Part shown: one piece after another, positions 9,841 through 18,959 of the stretch
Position numbering within the stretch: position 1 is the stretch's first letter
How the letters are laid out: every line of letters starts with the position of its first letter
Assembly: GCA_965205865.1 (NCBI GenBank)
Contig: CBDBHR010000030.1
Coordinates: 256,001 to 320,000 of the forward strand
Direction of reading: 5' to 3'
DNA length: 64,000 nt
Origin: a bacterium
GTDB taxonomy: Bacteria; SAR324; NAC60-12
Notes under the pieces: model-generated
Told to the model about the DNA's origin: nothing
The model's database searches: none
The model's input: only the letters and a program-made list of their open reading frames with translations
Program-made: the position numbers and the translations under genes

Positions 9841-10838
9841 ATATTTCAAAAAAGCTGGAACCTAATGCCATCTATTGCGGAGATTCCAGAGTATTGCTCA
9901 AAGGAATTGAAGCGGAATCGATTGCTCTCAGTGTATGGTCGCCTCCCTACTATGTCGGAAAAAATTATGAGAAGGACTTAACTTTTAAGGCTTGGAAAGA
10001 ATTATTGAAAGAAGTCATTCATTCCCATTTTCCGATTATCAATCCAGGCGGGTTTCTGGTAATCAATATTGCTGACATTTTATGTTTTAAAGATGATTCA
10101 ATGCCGAGGATAATGGCAGAGAATGTGTCTCGAAGGAAAATAAATCTTTCAAGTGAAGAAATAGTAAAGGCCAAAGAGAAGAATCCTGATTGGAATAGAT
10201 ACCAACTGGCGGAGCACTTCAATTGCAGTGAACAAACCATTGACAGAAGACTTAATGGCAACAATATCAGGGGGGGGAAATATCAATCTCAGACAAGAGT
10301 CTTCTTGGTCGGCGGTTTTATTGAAGAAGCGGCACTGGAAGCAGGCTTTTATTTATATGATCGTCGCATATGGATCAAAGACGCAGCCTGGGAGAACTCG
10401 AGATGGCACACGATATCCTATCGCTCAGTAGATGAATCCGAATATATTTACATATTCTGGAAGCCAGGTATAACTAAAGTAGATCGTGCAAGATTGACTA
10501 AGCAGGAATGGATTAATTGGGGTTCGAGGGGAATCTGGGAGATTTCATCAGTTCGTAGTAATTCTGATCATGATTCTAAATTCCCGGTCGAGTTGCCAAG
10601 AAGATTGATCAAGCTCTTCACTGATCCTGGTGAAATTGTACTTGATTGTTTTATCGGTAGTGGAACCACCGCAGTTGCTGCCCTGAGTGAAACAAGACAA
10701 TATGTCGGCATAGACAAAGAGAGCAAATCGGTCAAAATTGCACGAAAAGCCGTGGCATCATTTAATGACCATAAAAAAGAATCAGTACAAATGGAGTTAA
10801 TGATCCGAGAAATTGAAGCGATTTATAATGTGGGATGA
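9828..10838 (+). CDS. Beta-class DNA methyltransferase (probably N4-cytosine) with internal HTH-like insert
   Basis: WSPPY catalytic motif precedes VLDCFIGSGTT; overlaps the REase stop. ATG 9828 preferred. Confidence 0.88.
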   Translation: MAIIDISKKLEPNAIYCGDSRVLLKGIEAESIALSVWSPPYYVGKNYEKDLTFKAWKELLKEVIHSHFPIINPGGFLVINIADILCFKDDSMPRIMAENVSRRKINLSSEEIVKAKEKNPDWNRYQLAEHFNCSEQTIDRRLNGNNIRGGKYQSQTRVFLVGGFIEEAALEAGFYLYDRRIWIKDAAWENSRWHTISYRSVDESEYIYIFWKPGITKVDRARLTKQEWINWGSRGIWEISSVRSNSDHDSKFPVELPRRLIKLFTDPGEIVLDCFIGSGTTAVAALSETRQYVGIDKESKSVKIARKAVASFNDHKKESVQMELMIREIEAIYNVG

Positions 10839-10888
10839 TTGCCTAATTTGCACAAACACATGATAGAGGCAAAGCGCTAAAAAGCGAA

Positions 10889-11220
10889 TCACATCTCCTT
10901 GCGGGAGGAAATCACGCGGTCGATCAGACCGAACGCCAAGGTTTCTTCTGCAGTAAACCAATTGTCGCGGTCGATAGCCATTTTGATTTCTTGATAGGTT
11001 TTACCGGTGGCCTGGTAGTAGATATCAATGATGAAATCCCGGGTTTTGAGGATTTCATTGGCTTGGATTTCGAGATCCGTGGCCCGCCCTTGATAGCTGG
11101 TTAAAAGCGGTTGGTGGATCATGATTTTGGAAAGGGAGAAGGCGAAACGACGGCTTTTGTTGGCAGCCAGACTGAGAATCGAGCCCATGCTGGCGGCAAA
11201 TCCGGCAACAATCGTCGTGA
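10889..11220 (-). pseudogene. clpP: 5'-truncated ClpP protease fragment
   Basis: GFAASMGS, IMIHQP and DRDNWFTAEE motifs; the N-terminal part is replaced by element copy 2. Confidence 0.85.
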
Positions 11221-11221
11221 A

Positions 11222-11570
11222 GGGGTCAGGCTTGCAAGTTTGCAATTTAAGAAAACATTATTAGGTTGAGTTCTATTAACCGCTCTTGGAGATTTGTGGA
11301 TTCCTTCAATCTTTCTCTCAACTTATGCACTCCACGACTGATAGTAGAATCATCTCGATTGAGAGCATTTGCCACTTCCCGGATTGTTGCAGATTTCCAA
11401 TCGAAGACTTATAAAAGCGACGAGAGTCGCTGTCGTCGAAAAAATACGTTGGCCCCCATTGCCTCGAAGTATCACATGTTAAAGCGTGCAAGGGTCGTAC
11501 AAACGCGTTTTCCGAGACATCTTGGCAAATTGAAAAATACCCATTTTTGCAAACTTGCACAGCCTGACCC
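11222..11570. mobile_element. RAYT-derived element, copy 2
   Basis: GGGGTCAGGCTTGCAAGTTTGC...GCAAACTTGCACAGCCTGACCC; interior nearly identical to copy 1, same orientation. Confidence 0.85.
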
Positions 11571-11649
11571 GGTTTCTTACGTATTGATGGAATAGTGTTT
11601 TTACCGTTTCACTTCTTGAACTTCATCAAGTGATTTCTTTTCTTTGTGG

Positions 11650-11711
11650 TTGACATGGATTTCTCTATAAACTATTTTTTGAACAGACATCATCTTTGAA
11701 CAGACATCATC
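11650..11711 (+). promoter_or_regulatory. Candidate sigma70 promoter followed by a 17-bp direct repeat
   Basis: TTGACA(11650)-N17-TATTTT; TTTGAACAGACATCATC twice (11678-11711). Confidence 0.35.
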
Positions 11712-11815
11712 GGGAATAAGTTCAGGGTGTGATTTCGCAAAAAAGGGGAAATCTTGAACGCTGTAAAATCAATGGTTAGGTGGTACGACGCGTTTCACAG
11801 ATCTGAGTGAATGCA

Positions 11816-12195
11816 ATGTTCATTGCCTGCTAATAATCACATTTGCAATTGCCGTAATCGTTTCGTTCCTGGTTGTCATACTTTTCCGGAAATCCATTGC
11901 CACGATTCTAGGTCGGATCGTGGCCGAGAAGATCAGAGAGGTGTGGTAGCAGTATTTAACATTCGCGATCTACGTTGTGGGGGTGTCCGGCGGCGTACGG
12001 GTATGGGACCTGGAGAAGTACATCACCCCGAGGCCCGAGGAGGCCGAGGCCATAGTGCTCAACCCCGAGCGCTGGACGTTGGAGGTGTACCGCACTGTCA
12101 TCGGCACTTTGCAAAGCATTGCGTGGATGCTGCTTGCGTACGTGATCGTTCGGGGTTTGGAAGCAAAGCGTTCGAGGCCGCCTGCCGAGAAGTAG
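11816..12195 (+). pseudogene. Small membrane protein pseudogene
   Basis: MFIA/frameshift/LLIITFAIAVIVSFLVVILFRKSIATILGRIVAEKIREVW*QYLTFAIYVVGVSGGVRVWDLEKY...; one frameshift and one TAG. Confidence 0.6.
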
Positions 12196-12279
12196 AATTG
12201 CCACCTGATCTGGGAGGTAGCGGTATTTCTCAGCCATGTCACCGCGTCAGCCTTTCGTCAGCAAGAAACGAGACCACTA

Positions 12280-13079
12280 ATGTCAGACCCAAAACACACT
12301 GCATACGAGCGTTTGAAGGAGCTTCACTCCGAAGCCGAATCGGCGACACACGCGTGGACAAAAATGGGAAATTTACTGAATGGCGTCAGAAAGTGCAGTC
12401 GGCACTGCGTCATTTGTTCGACGAGAATCGCCAACAACTCAAATCATTCAATTCCGTGCGTTATGTTCCACCTATGTTCTTAACGGGCATGCCGGACAGC
12501 GTGTTCCACAATTCATTCATAGGCGGTATGAAAACCGCTAGTGGAATCATACGCTCCGCAATTCAAGAATATGAGGATTACGAACAGCAAGCTGGTCACG
12601 ACGTCGATCACACTTCAGCCGACGGCAACTCTACCATCTCCCGTAAAGTTTTCGTCGTTCATGGTCACGACAACGAAATGAAGGAATCGGTCGCAAGATT
12701 CCTTGAGCGCCTCGACTTTGAAGCGGTCATTTTACACGAACAAGCAAGCGGCGGTGACACGATCATCGAGAAGTTTGAACGCAATGCGGACGTTAAATAT
12801 GCAGTCGTACTCTTGAGTCCGGATGACGTTGGCGCAGCAAAGGATAAATCCAATACACCGCAGCCAAGACCGCGCCAGAACGTAGTCTTTGAACTGGGCT
12901 ATTTCGTCGGGAAGCTTGGGCGGTCGCATGTCTGTCCACTGGTTCGTGAACCTCTGGAACGTCCGTCTGACATTCACGGTGTTGTCTACATCCCATTCGA
13001 CGAGGGGAATTGGAAGATTCATCTTGTCAAGGAACTCAAAAATCTTGGGTTCGAGGTCGACGCGAACAAGGCAGTCTAA
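12280..13079 (+). CDS. TIR-like (CAP12/Pycsar-type) nucleotide-binding domain protein, probably frameshifted near the 5' end
   Basis: KVFVVHGHD...TIIEKFE...AVVLLSPDD...PRQNVVFELGYFVGKLGR...PSDIHGVVY. The natural-looking start at 12280 is out of frame with the body until ~12345. Confidence 0.8.
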
Positions 13080-13168
13080 TATTGAATCGGTCAACCGGAG
13101 CGGTGATTGAGTACGGAATCAAAATTGTCAGATCGCTGGCCACCGCTAGGTTAGCTCAGGTGTTTTGC
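13074..13168 (+). other. Degenerate attC-like site
   Basis: GTCTAAT overlaps the stop (RYYYAAC-like); arms AACCGGAGCGGTG / CACCGCTAGGTT; ends GTTTTGC (GTTRRRY-like) just before the next RBS. Confidence 0.5.
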
Positions 13169-13183
13169 GGAAGGGAGATAGAA

Positions 13184-14455
13184 ATGAAGAAAGTTATTTT
13201 CAACATATTTCTCGTCATCTGCGTTGCGGGAGTCGCTTTCGCACAGTCGGTCGAAAGCGAGATTCGGGAGTTTGCCGCACGGGAGTATCCCAACGACTCC
13301 CGGATGCGGCAGTATGTTTACAAAGAGCAGATTGCGGCACACCGGTATATGGTTACCGCCAAAGATGCAGACGTTAAGCGAATTGCCATTCGAGAATACC
13401 CGAAAGACTACGCAATGCAGAAATATGCCTATTATGAACAACTCTCAGCAAAACGATACATGACCACCGTGAGAAATCGCGAGGTCAAACGAATTGCTCT
13501 GCGGGAGTATCCGAACGATTATTCCATGCAGAAGTATATATATGATGGGCAGTTGTCAGCAAAACGGTACATGGAAACTGTTTCTGATCAAGACGTGAAG
13601 AGGATGGCGATGCACGAATATCCGAATGATTATTCTATGCAGAAATACATCTATGACAATCAGCTATCGGCAAAGCTGTATATGTCCTCCGTTAGAGATC
13701 ACGAGATCAAATCAATTGCCATGCGGGAGTATCCGAAGGATTATTCGATGCAGAAGTATACATACGATGAGCAATTGTCAGCAAAACGATACATGGAAAC
13801 TGTTTCTGACCAAGACGTAAAGAGGATCGCGTTGCACGAATATCCGAATGACTATTCTATGCAGAAATACACCTATGACACTCAACTCACCTATGATACT
13901 CAACTCGTGGCCGACTTCGAGGCTTGGGTCACTGGAGATCGCTTGTATCGCAGAACATGCCCCAACAGCAAGTGTGGTGTTGTTGGGATTTTAATGTTCA
14001 GGGAAAAGGCAACAGTTTACGAAGAGAAAAACGGTTGGGCCAGAGTGTCGATGTATTACAATGCGGCTTGCCGAAACGGCCTGAGTGAGTACGTTGATTC
14101 AGGCAACGCGGCTTGCACTGAGAGCAACGGCATTGTCGACAGTCGCATTGCTGAATGGGTATCCATTAAGTACCTCAGCAAGACGCGTCCCCCCGATCCG
14201 AGCGCAGGTGCTACAGGAGATTACGCACTTGTTAGTGGCTCAGACGACTACCGCAAATACAAAGATATATTTGCCCGGACAGCCTCCAAGCTCATCGCTT
14301 CTGGCCAGTGCACTGCACGAGACTTTAAAGAAATAGGCGGCTGGCTGAAATCCATGAACTTCAAGGACAGTCCCGTGTACTTTACCTACTGTGGTGGGAT
14401 GATCGTTCAGAACCGGTTGTATCTCAATGCAGCCACCGGGGAAGTATTCAAATAG
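13184..14455 (+). CDS. Secreted protein with six 37-aa tandem repeats and a C-terminal SH3b-like/Cys-rich region
   Basis: Signal MKKVIFNIFLVICVAGVAFA; EYPxDYxMQKYxYDxQLSAKRYM repeated with a 111-nt period; then LYRRTCP..CGVVG...VYEEKNGWARVS. Confidence 0.75.
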   Translation: MKKVIFNIFLVICVAGVAFAQSVESEIREFAAREYPNDSRMRQYVYKEQIAAHRYMVTAKDADVKRIAIREYPKDYAMQKYAYYEQLSAKRYMTTVRNREVKRIALREYPNDYSMQKYIYDGQLSAKRYMETVSDQDVKRMAMHEYPNDYSMQKYIYDNQLSAKLYMSSVRDHEIKSIAMREYPKDYSMQKYTYDEQLSAKRYMETVSDQDVKRIALHEYPNDYSMQKYTYDTQLTYDTQLVADFEAWVTGDRLYRRTCPNSKCGVVGILMFREKATVYEEKNGWARVSMYYNAACRNGLSEYVDSGNAACTESNGIVDSRIAEWVSIKYLSKTRPPDPSAGATGDYALVSGSDDYRKYKDIFARTASKLIASGQCTARDFKEIGGWLKSMNFKDSPVYFTYCGGMIVQNRLYLNAATGEVFK

Positions 14456-14508
14456 ACACATTTGGCTTTGCTTAGCAAATATCATTCTAAAGTGAACGAT
14501 GCTGTGAA

Positions 14509-14817
14509 GGGGTCAGGCTTGCAAGTTTGCGAATTTAAGAAAACATTTTTAGGTTGAGTTCTTTTAACCGCTCTTGGAGATTTGTGGATTCCTTCAATCT
14601 TTCTCTCAACTAATGCACTCCACGACTGAAAGTAGAATCATCTCGATTGAGAGCATTTGCCACTTCCCGGATTGTTGCAGATTTCCAATCGAAGACTGAT
14701 AAAAGCGACGAGAGTCGCTGTCATAGAAAAAATACGTTGGCCCCCATTGCCTGAAGTATCACATGTTAAAGCGTGCAAGGGTCGTACAAACACGTTTTCC
14801 GAGACATCTTGGCAAAT
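14509..14817. mobile_element. RAYT-derived element, copy 3 (right end missing)
   Basis: Left TIR intact; stops at ...GGCAAATT and runs into GTGAAGGGGTCAGGCT of the next copy. Confidence 0.85.
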
Positions 14818-14823
14818 TGTGAA

Positions 14824-15827
14824 GGGGTCAGGCTGTGCGCCAGGAAAGCTGGCAAGAAATAGAGAGTGAAAGTCTCTTACTCGGTAAGGCAGTAACGACC
14901 CGCCGAGTCCCCGAGTCATGAGTGGTTATTCGCAAGGATAGGCGCTAAGCGTTGACAGGGGAGAACATAGGCTCGGTATTGAGCTCCGAAATCATAGTTT
15001 CAGGCGCTGACCTTGTGGTCTGGTGGGGAAGGCAATATCGACCGAAGGCGTTAGCGCGAGTCTCGGTCGAGCCTGGCGGAGTCAAAGACCCGGCGCATGT
15101 GTGGAAGTTTCTTGATCGGAACCTGGGAGATCCTGAAGACGACTGTCAACATTCCATTGGTAGTCGGATCGGGAAAATTAATAAATAACCCCGATATCTA
15201 CGTCTTCAGGAAGTCGGACAAGTTCGTAGTAGCGATGAAGCGGCGAACAATGAGATCATTTGCAGAGAGTAACAATGCAAAGGAAATCAACGGAGCCTGT
15301 GGAGCAAAGGGACTTGGCTGAGAGGAATTCTGCTTGCCCTCCTGTGTTCGTAACTCAGAGGCCGGTAAAATCAGAGAGCGGTTTAAGCAGGGTGCGCCAA
15401 ACGGCAACGTTTGAGCGTCTGACTCGAAGCAGGAGCCGGATGCGTTAGCAGCGCAGGTCCGGATCTGTACCGGAGGAATGACGAAAGGTGGCTGGAAACC
15501 ACTATAAGTCAGTTCTTTACGGTGACTGCAAGTTTGCAAATTTAAGAAAACATTTTTAGTTGGAGTTCTTTTAATCGCTCTTGGACATTTGTGGATTCCT
15601 TCAATCTTTCTCTCAACTTATTCACGCCACGACTGATAGTAGAATCATCTCGATTGAGAGCATTTGCCACTTCCCGGATTTTTGCAGATTTCCAATCAAA
15701 GACTGATAAAAACGACGAGAGTCGCTGCCATCGAAAAAAATATGTTGGCCCCCATTGCCTCGAAGTATTGCATGATAAAGCGTACCAGGGTCGTACAAAC
15801 GCGTTTTCCGAGACATCTTGGCAAATT
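14824..15827. mobile_element. RAYT-derived element, copy 4 (left TIR interrupted by a group II intron; right end missing)
   Basis: GGGGTCAGGCT (14824-34), then the intron, then TGCAAGTTTGC (from 15527); removing the intron restores the TIR exactly. Confidence 0.85.
14835..15526 (+). ncRNA. ORF-less group II intron (IIB-like), 692 nt
   Basis: 5' GTGCG; domain V GAGCCGGATGCGTTAGCAGCGCAGGTCCGGATCT (~15433-66); domain VI ending ...TTTACGGTGAC (AY); no RT ORF. Confidence 0.85.
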
Positions 15828-15832
15828 GTGAC

Positions 15833-16199
15833 GGGGGCAGGCTTGCAAGTTTGCGAATTTAGGAAAACATTTTTAGGTTGAGTTCTTTTAACCGCTCTTG
15901 GAGATTTGTGGATTCCTTCAATCTTTCTCTCAAATTATACACTCCACGACTGAAAGTAGAATCATCTCGCTTGAGAGCATTTGCCTCTTCCCGGATTTTT
16001 GCGGATTTCCAATCAAAGACTAATAAAAACAACGAGAGTCGCTGTCATCGAAAAAAATACGATGGCCCCCATTGCCTCGAAGTATCACATTAAAAAGCGT
16101 ACCAGGGCCGTACAAACGCGTTTTCCGAGACATCTTGGCAAATTGAAAAAGGTTAAAATTTAAAGAATACCCATTTTTTCAAACTTGCAAGCCTGACCC
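15833..16199. mobile_element. RAYT-derived element, copy 5
   Basis: GGGGGCAGGCTTGCAAGTTTGC...CAAACTTGCAAGCCTGACCC. Confidence 0.85.
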
Positions 16200-16203
16200 G
16201 TTT

Positions 16204-16243
16204 CTTGAAAATCTGATCCTTTTTTAGAATCGCTCAATTTAGG
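16204..16243 (+). mobile_element. Isolated right end of an IS1380-like element
   Basis: CTTGAAAATCTGATCCTTTTTTAGAATCGCTCAATTTAGG matches ~54265-54304. Confidence 0.75.
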
Positions 16244-16267
16244 TATAAATCAGTTCTTTACGGTGAC
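16244..16267 (+). ncRNA. 3' terminal fragment of a second copy of the 14835 intron
   Basis: TATAAATCAGTTCTTTACGGTGAC versus TATAAGTCAGTTCTTTACGGTGAC at 15503-15526; again followed by TGCA. Confidence 0.7.
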
Positions 16268-16497
16268 TGCATACTTGCGTATTGGTATTTTTATCGTTTC
16301 ATAGGTGAAGAGTCTCCCTCAGAATTCTCTCGGTTTTTATATTTCTTCAGGAAGCCTTAGAGGCCTTTATCCCTCCTGTTTCCCATGCAGGACTCTCATC
16401 GTGGAGCCAATCAGAGGGCCTCCGTCCTTTTCTTGGAACCACCGATTCCAACATCCTTTTCCATGCAATTATTTAATACAAATATGCAAGCCTGACC
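16268..16497. mobile_element. Sibling miniature element with related termini
   Basis: TGCATACTTGCGTATTGGTATT...AATACAAATATGCAAGCCTGACC; interior unrelated to copies 1-6. Confidence 0.6.
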
Positions 16498-16768
16498 GTA
16501 TGCGGTAACGACCGCTCTTCTAGTGGGTTGAAGTCCCACCAAAGTAATTATCCGTTCGCTTTGTAGGCAACGGGAGCAGCGTGGGAGTAATCTGGGGTTG
16601 TAAGTTCCCGACGCCAAAACAACGGGCCGTAACGAAAGTGAACCTAGATGTAGCCTCGAAACTTGAGTCGAAAGCGCCGACCCTGTGGTCAGAAGGGAAA
16701 GGCTGTTATCTCACGAATTAGACAACGGATTTCTTCGTGAGGGTTTTCCGGGGTAGCAGGGATGGCAC
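16498..16768 (+). ncRNA. 5' fragment (domain I) of a different group II intron
   Basis: Starts GTATGCGG; GGGTTGAAGTCCC; AACGAAAGTGAACC; GCCGA-[CCCTGTGGTCAGAAGGG]-AAAGGC; no domain V downstream. Confidence 0.65.
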
Positions 16769-17095
16769 CGCAAAGAAGAAACGCAAAAAAGCTTCCTCGC
16801 CCGACTGATCAACCCCTTCCATCAGTAGGAATCTCTTCCTCAAAGGTGCCCCCTCAGGGGGCACTTTCTCTCTCGCAATCAGTGTTCCAAAGATTGGTTC
16901 AAATAACGTCTCGTTGTCAAATCGAACGTTATTCTGAGCCGCCATTTTTGCCCCTTGCAGCGAAAATGGTCGGACTCCAGAAATTTGTTATGGAAATTAT
17001 TGAAAATACGCTGTATCTAATAATCCAAATTAGGTGGTTGCAAAAAGGAACCTCTGATGGTAATTTAAAAACCACACACTTATAAAGGAGTTCAC

Positions 17096-17323
17096 ATGGC
17101 AACCGCGGTAAAACTATCAGATGATCTTTATGAAAAAGCAAAGATTCAATCAAAGGTTTTTAAAAGGTCTATTGCTGGTCAAATTGAATACTGGGCAAAA
17201 ATAGGACAAATGATTGAAGAAAATCCCGACCTCCCACTTCCGTTTATTCAAGACATTCTGGTCGGAAGAGAACAGATAAAATCAGGTCAAGGCGCTCCGT
17301 ATGTATTTGGAGAGGGTGAATGA
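17096..17323 (+). CDS. ParD-like antitoxin
   Basis: MATAVKLSDDL...RSIAGQIEYWAKIG..EENPDLP; AAGGAG RBS. Confidence 0.85.
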   Translation: MATAVKLSDDLYEKAKIQSKVFKRSIAGQIEYWAKIGQMIEENPDLPLPFIQDILVGREQIKSGQGAPYVFGEGE

Positions 17324-17610
17324 CCCGGATTACAGAAATAATCCAGTCACCTATTTTTGAAAAACAGAAAAAGAAACTGCGCAAACCGCAGATTAAAGAC
17401 CTGGATAAGGCTGTAAAGTCTATCTCCAATGATCCTACAATCGGAGATATGAAAGTAGGAGATCTGAGGGGTATCCAAGTTTATAAGTACGAATCAAAAA
17501 ATCAGCAGATCCTTTTAGCCTATGAAGTAATTGATTCAACTTTATTTTTATATACGTTTGGATCACATGAAAACTTTTATCGAGATCTGAAAAAATACCT
17601 TCAACGATAA
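17320..17610 (+). CDS. RelE/ParE-family toxin
   Basis: ATGA overlap with the antitoxin; G..K.GDL.G..VYKY...GSHENFYRDLK. Confidence 0.85.
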   Translation: MTRITEIIQSPIFEKQKKKLRKPQIKDLDKAVKSISNDPTIGDMKVGDLRGIQVYKYESKNQQILLAYEVIDSTLFLYTFGSHENFYRDLKKYLQR

Positions 17611-17876
17611 TTCTTCGCCTCCATTCAACTCTATAATAACGTTGAAGTCAGTCGCTTTCAACCCAACCATGGACTGTGATTGAAACGAGTGATTCCATCA
17701 AACACAGAAAAAAATTAGGAGTCGCTAATGAGTGGAAGTCGGTCTGCACTGACTGGTTGGAAAATCCTGCCCAAAACTCATCGATACTTTTTCTTTTTCT
17801 CCTCGACGACTCCGTTTATTCGGTATTCCGTGTTCTTGCTCCGCTCAATGCCCTCATAATTCTGGTTTTCATGAAA

Positions 17877-18241
17877 GGGTCAGGCTTGCAAGTTTGCGAA
17901 TTTAAGAAAACGTTTTTAGGTTGAATTCTTTTAACCGCTCTTGGAGATTTGAGAATTCCTTCAATCTTTCTCTCAACTTATGCGTGCCACGACTGATAGT
18001 AGAATCATCTCGATTGAGAGCATTTGCCACTTCCCGGATTGTTGCGGATTTCCAATCGAAGACTGATAAAAGCGAAGAGAGTCGCTGTCATCGAAAAAAA
18101 TACGTTGGCCTCCATTGCCTCGAAGTATCACATGATAAAGCGTACCAGGGTCGTACAAACGCGTTTTCCGAGACATCTTGGCAAATTGAAAAAGGTTAAA
18201 ATTTAAAAAATACTCTTTTTTGCAAACTTGCAAGCCTGACC
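17877..18241. mobile_element. RAYT-derived element, copy 6
   Basis: GGGTCAGGCTTGCAAGTTTGC...GCAAACTTGCAAGCCTGACC, followed by an extra TTGACCCC. Confidence 0.85.
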
Positions 18242-18336
18242 ACGTTTGACCCCGTTTCAAGCGCTGTCTATCAGGATGAAAAACCTTTCGCGGCCGAGCC
18301 GATCTTTTCCCCATTAAAAACCATGAGTCATAGGCG

Positions 18337-18908
18337 ATGAGACTGAAAGCAACTGAAGAAAAAATTCATTCAACAGAAGCCTTTTGTGAAATTACAAGAT
18401 ACCTACTCTCTAACCCTCTTTCTCCTGTAGTTGCCGGAAAGGATGCTCGGGAACAGTTAGAAAATCATAGACTTCAAAAGAATATAGTAGCGCATATGCT
18501 TTGCGCGATAATAGTAGAGAACACGATAAAATACTCTGGGAAATGGAACACAATAAAGAATGTGAGTACTCACACAATATTCATAAAATCTACGGAGAAC
18601 TTTCCAATTCAACAAGAGCAGAATTGAAGAGCACGTATGACAAGCAAACAGCGGTATTCGCAGCAATAGAGGGAAGCATAAATGGGAAAAAAGTAAAACT
18701 TGGTGATATTGTCCAATTGGCCTCACTCGAACAAGCATTACAATCCAATGAGATTACAATGAGAAATTTCAAATATGACAACAAATTTCGGGGCAAAACC
18801 AGCGTGATTGCAAACGCTATATGGGACGCAAAGACGATTTGGATTCTACCATCCGGGCACAAGCCATTCGCTGTGTCCTTGTTCGAATACATGAAGGACC
18901 GTGTCTAA
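18337..18908 (+). pseudogene. Hypothetical protein, apparently frameshifted
   Basis: Overlapping ORFs 18337-18627 and 18501-18908 read as one gene with a frame change near 18500; no family recognised. Confidence 0.35.
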
Positions 18909-18959
18909 ATTCATATTTTCCACAGACACGATCATGAGAAATTTGAGGATGAAAGTCTA

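Noticed and set aside
11811-12345. N-terminal ~175 aa of the 422-aa TIR ORF
   Set aside because: It is an off-frame read-through of a membrane-protein pseudogene and spacer; a better start exists at 12280.
15070-15075. AGCCTG as intron EBS1 (perfect complement of CAGGCT)
   Set aside because: It lies downstream of the GCTGA..GAAGGC stem-loop where EBS1 is expected; GGTCTG at 15017-22 fits the position better. Folding is needed to settle it.
13184-15526. Diversity-generating retroelement or retron
   Set aside because: No RT ORF in the window, and the repeat differences are not adenine-specific.
8425-18241. CRISPR array interpretation of the recurring repeats
   Set aside because: Units are ~310-365 bp with kb-scale irregular spacing and transposase remnants; no cas genes.
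8450-18314. Short ORFs inside the element copies as functional transposases
   Set aside because: They lack the HUH motif and catalytic Tyr and are frameshifted differently in each copy.
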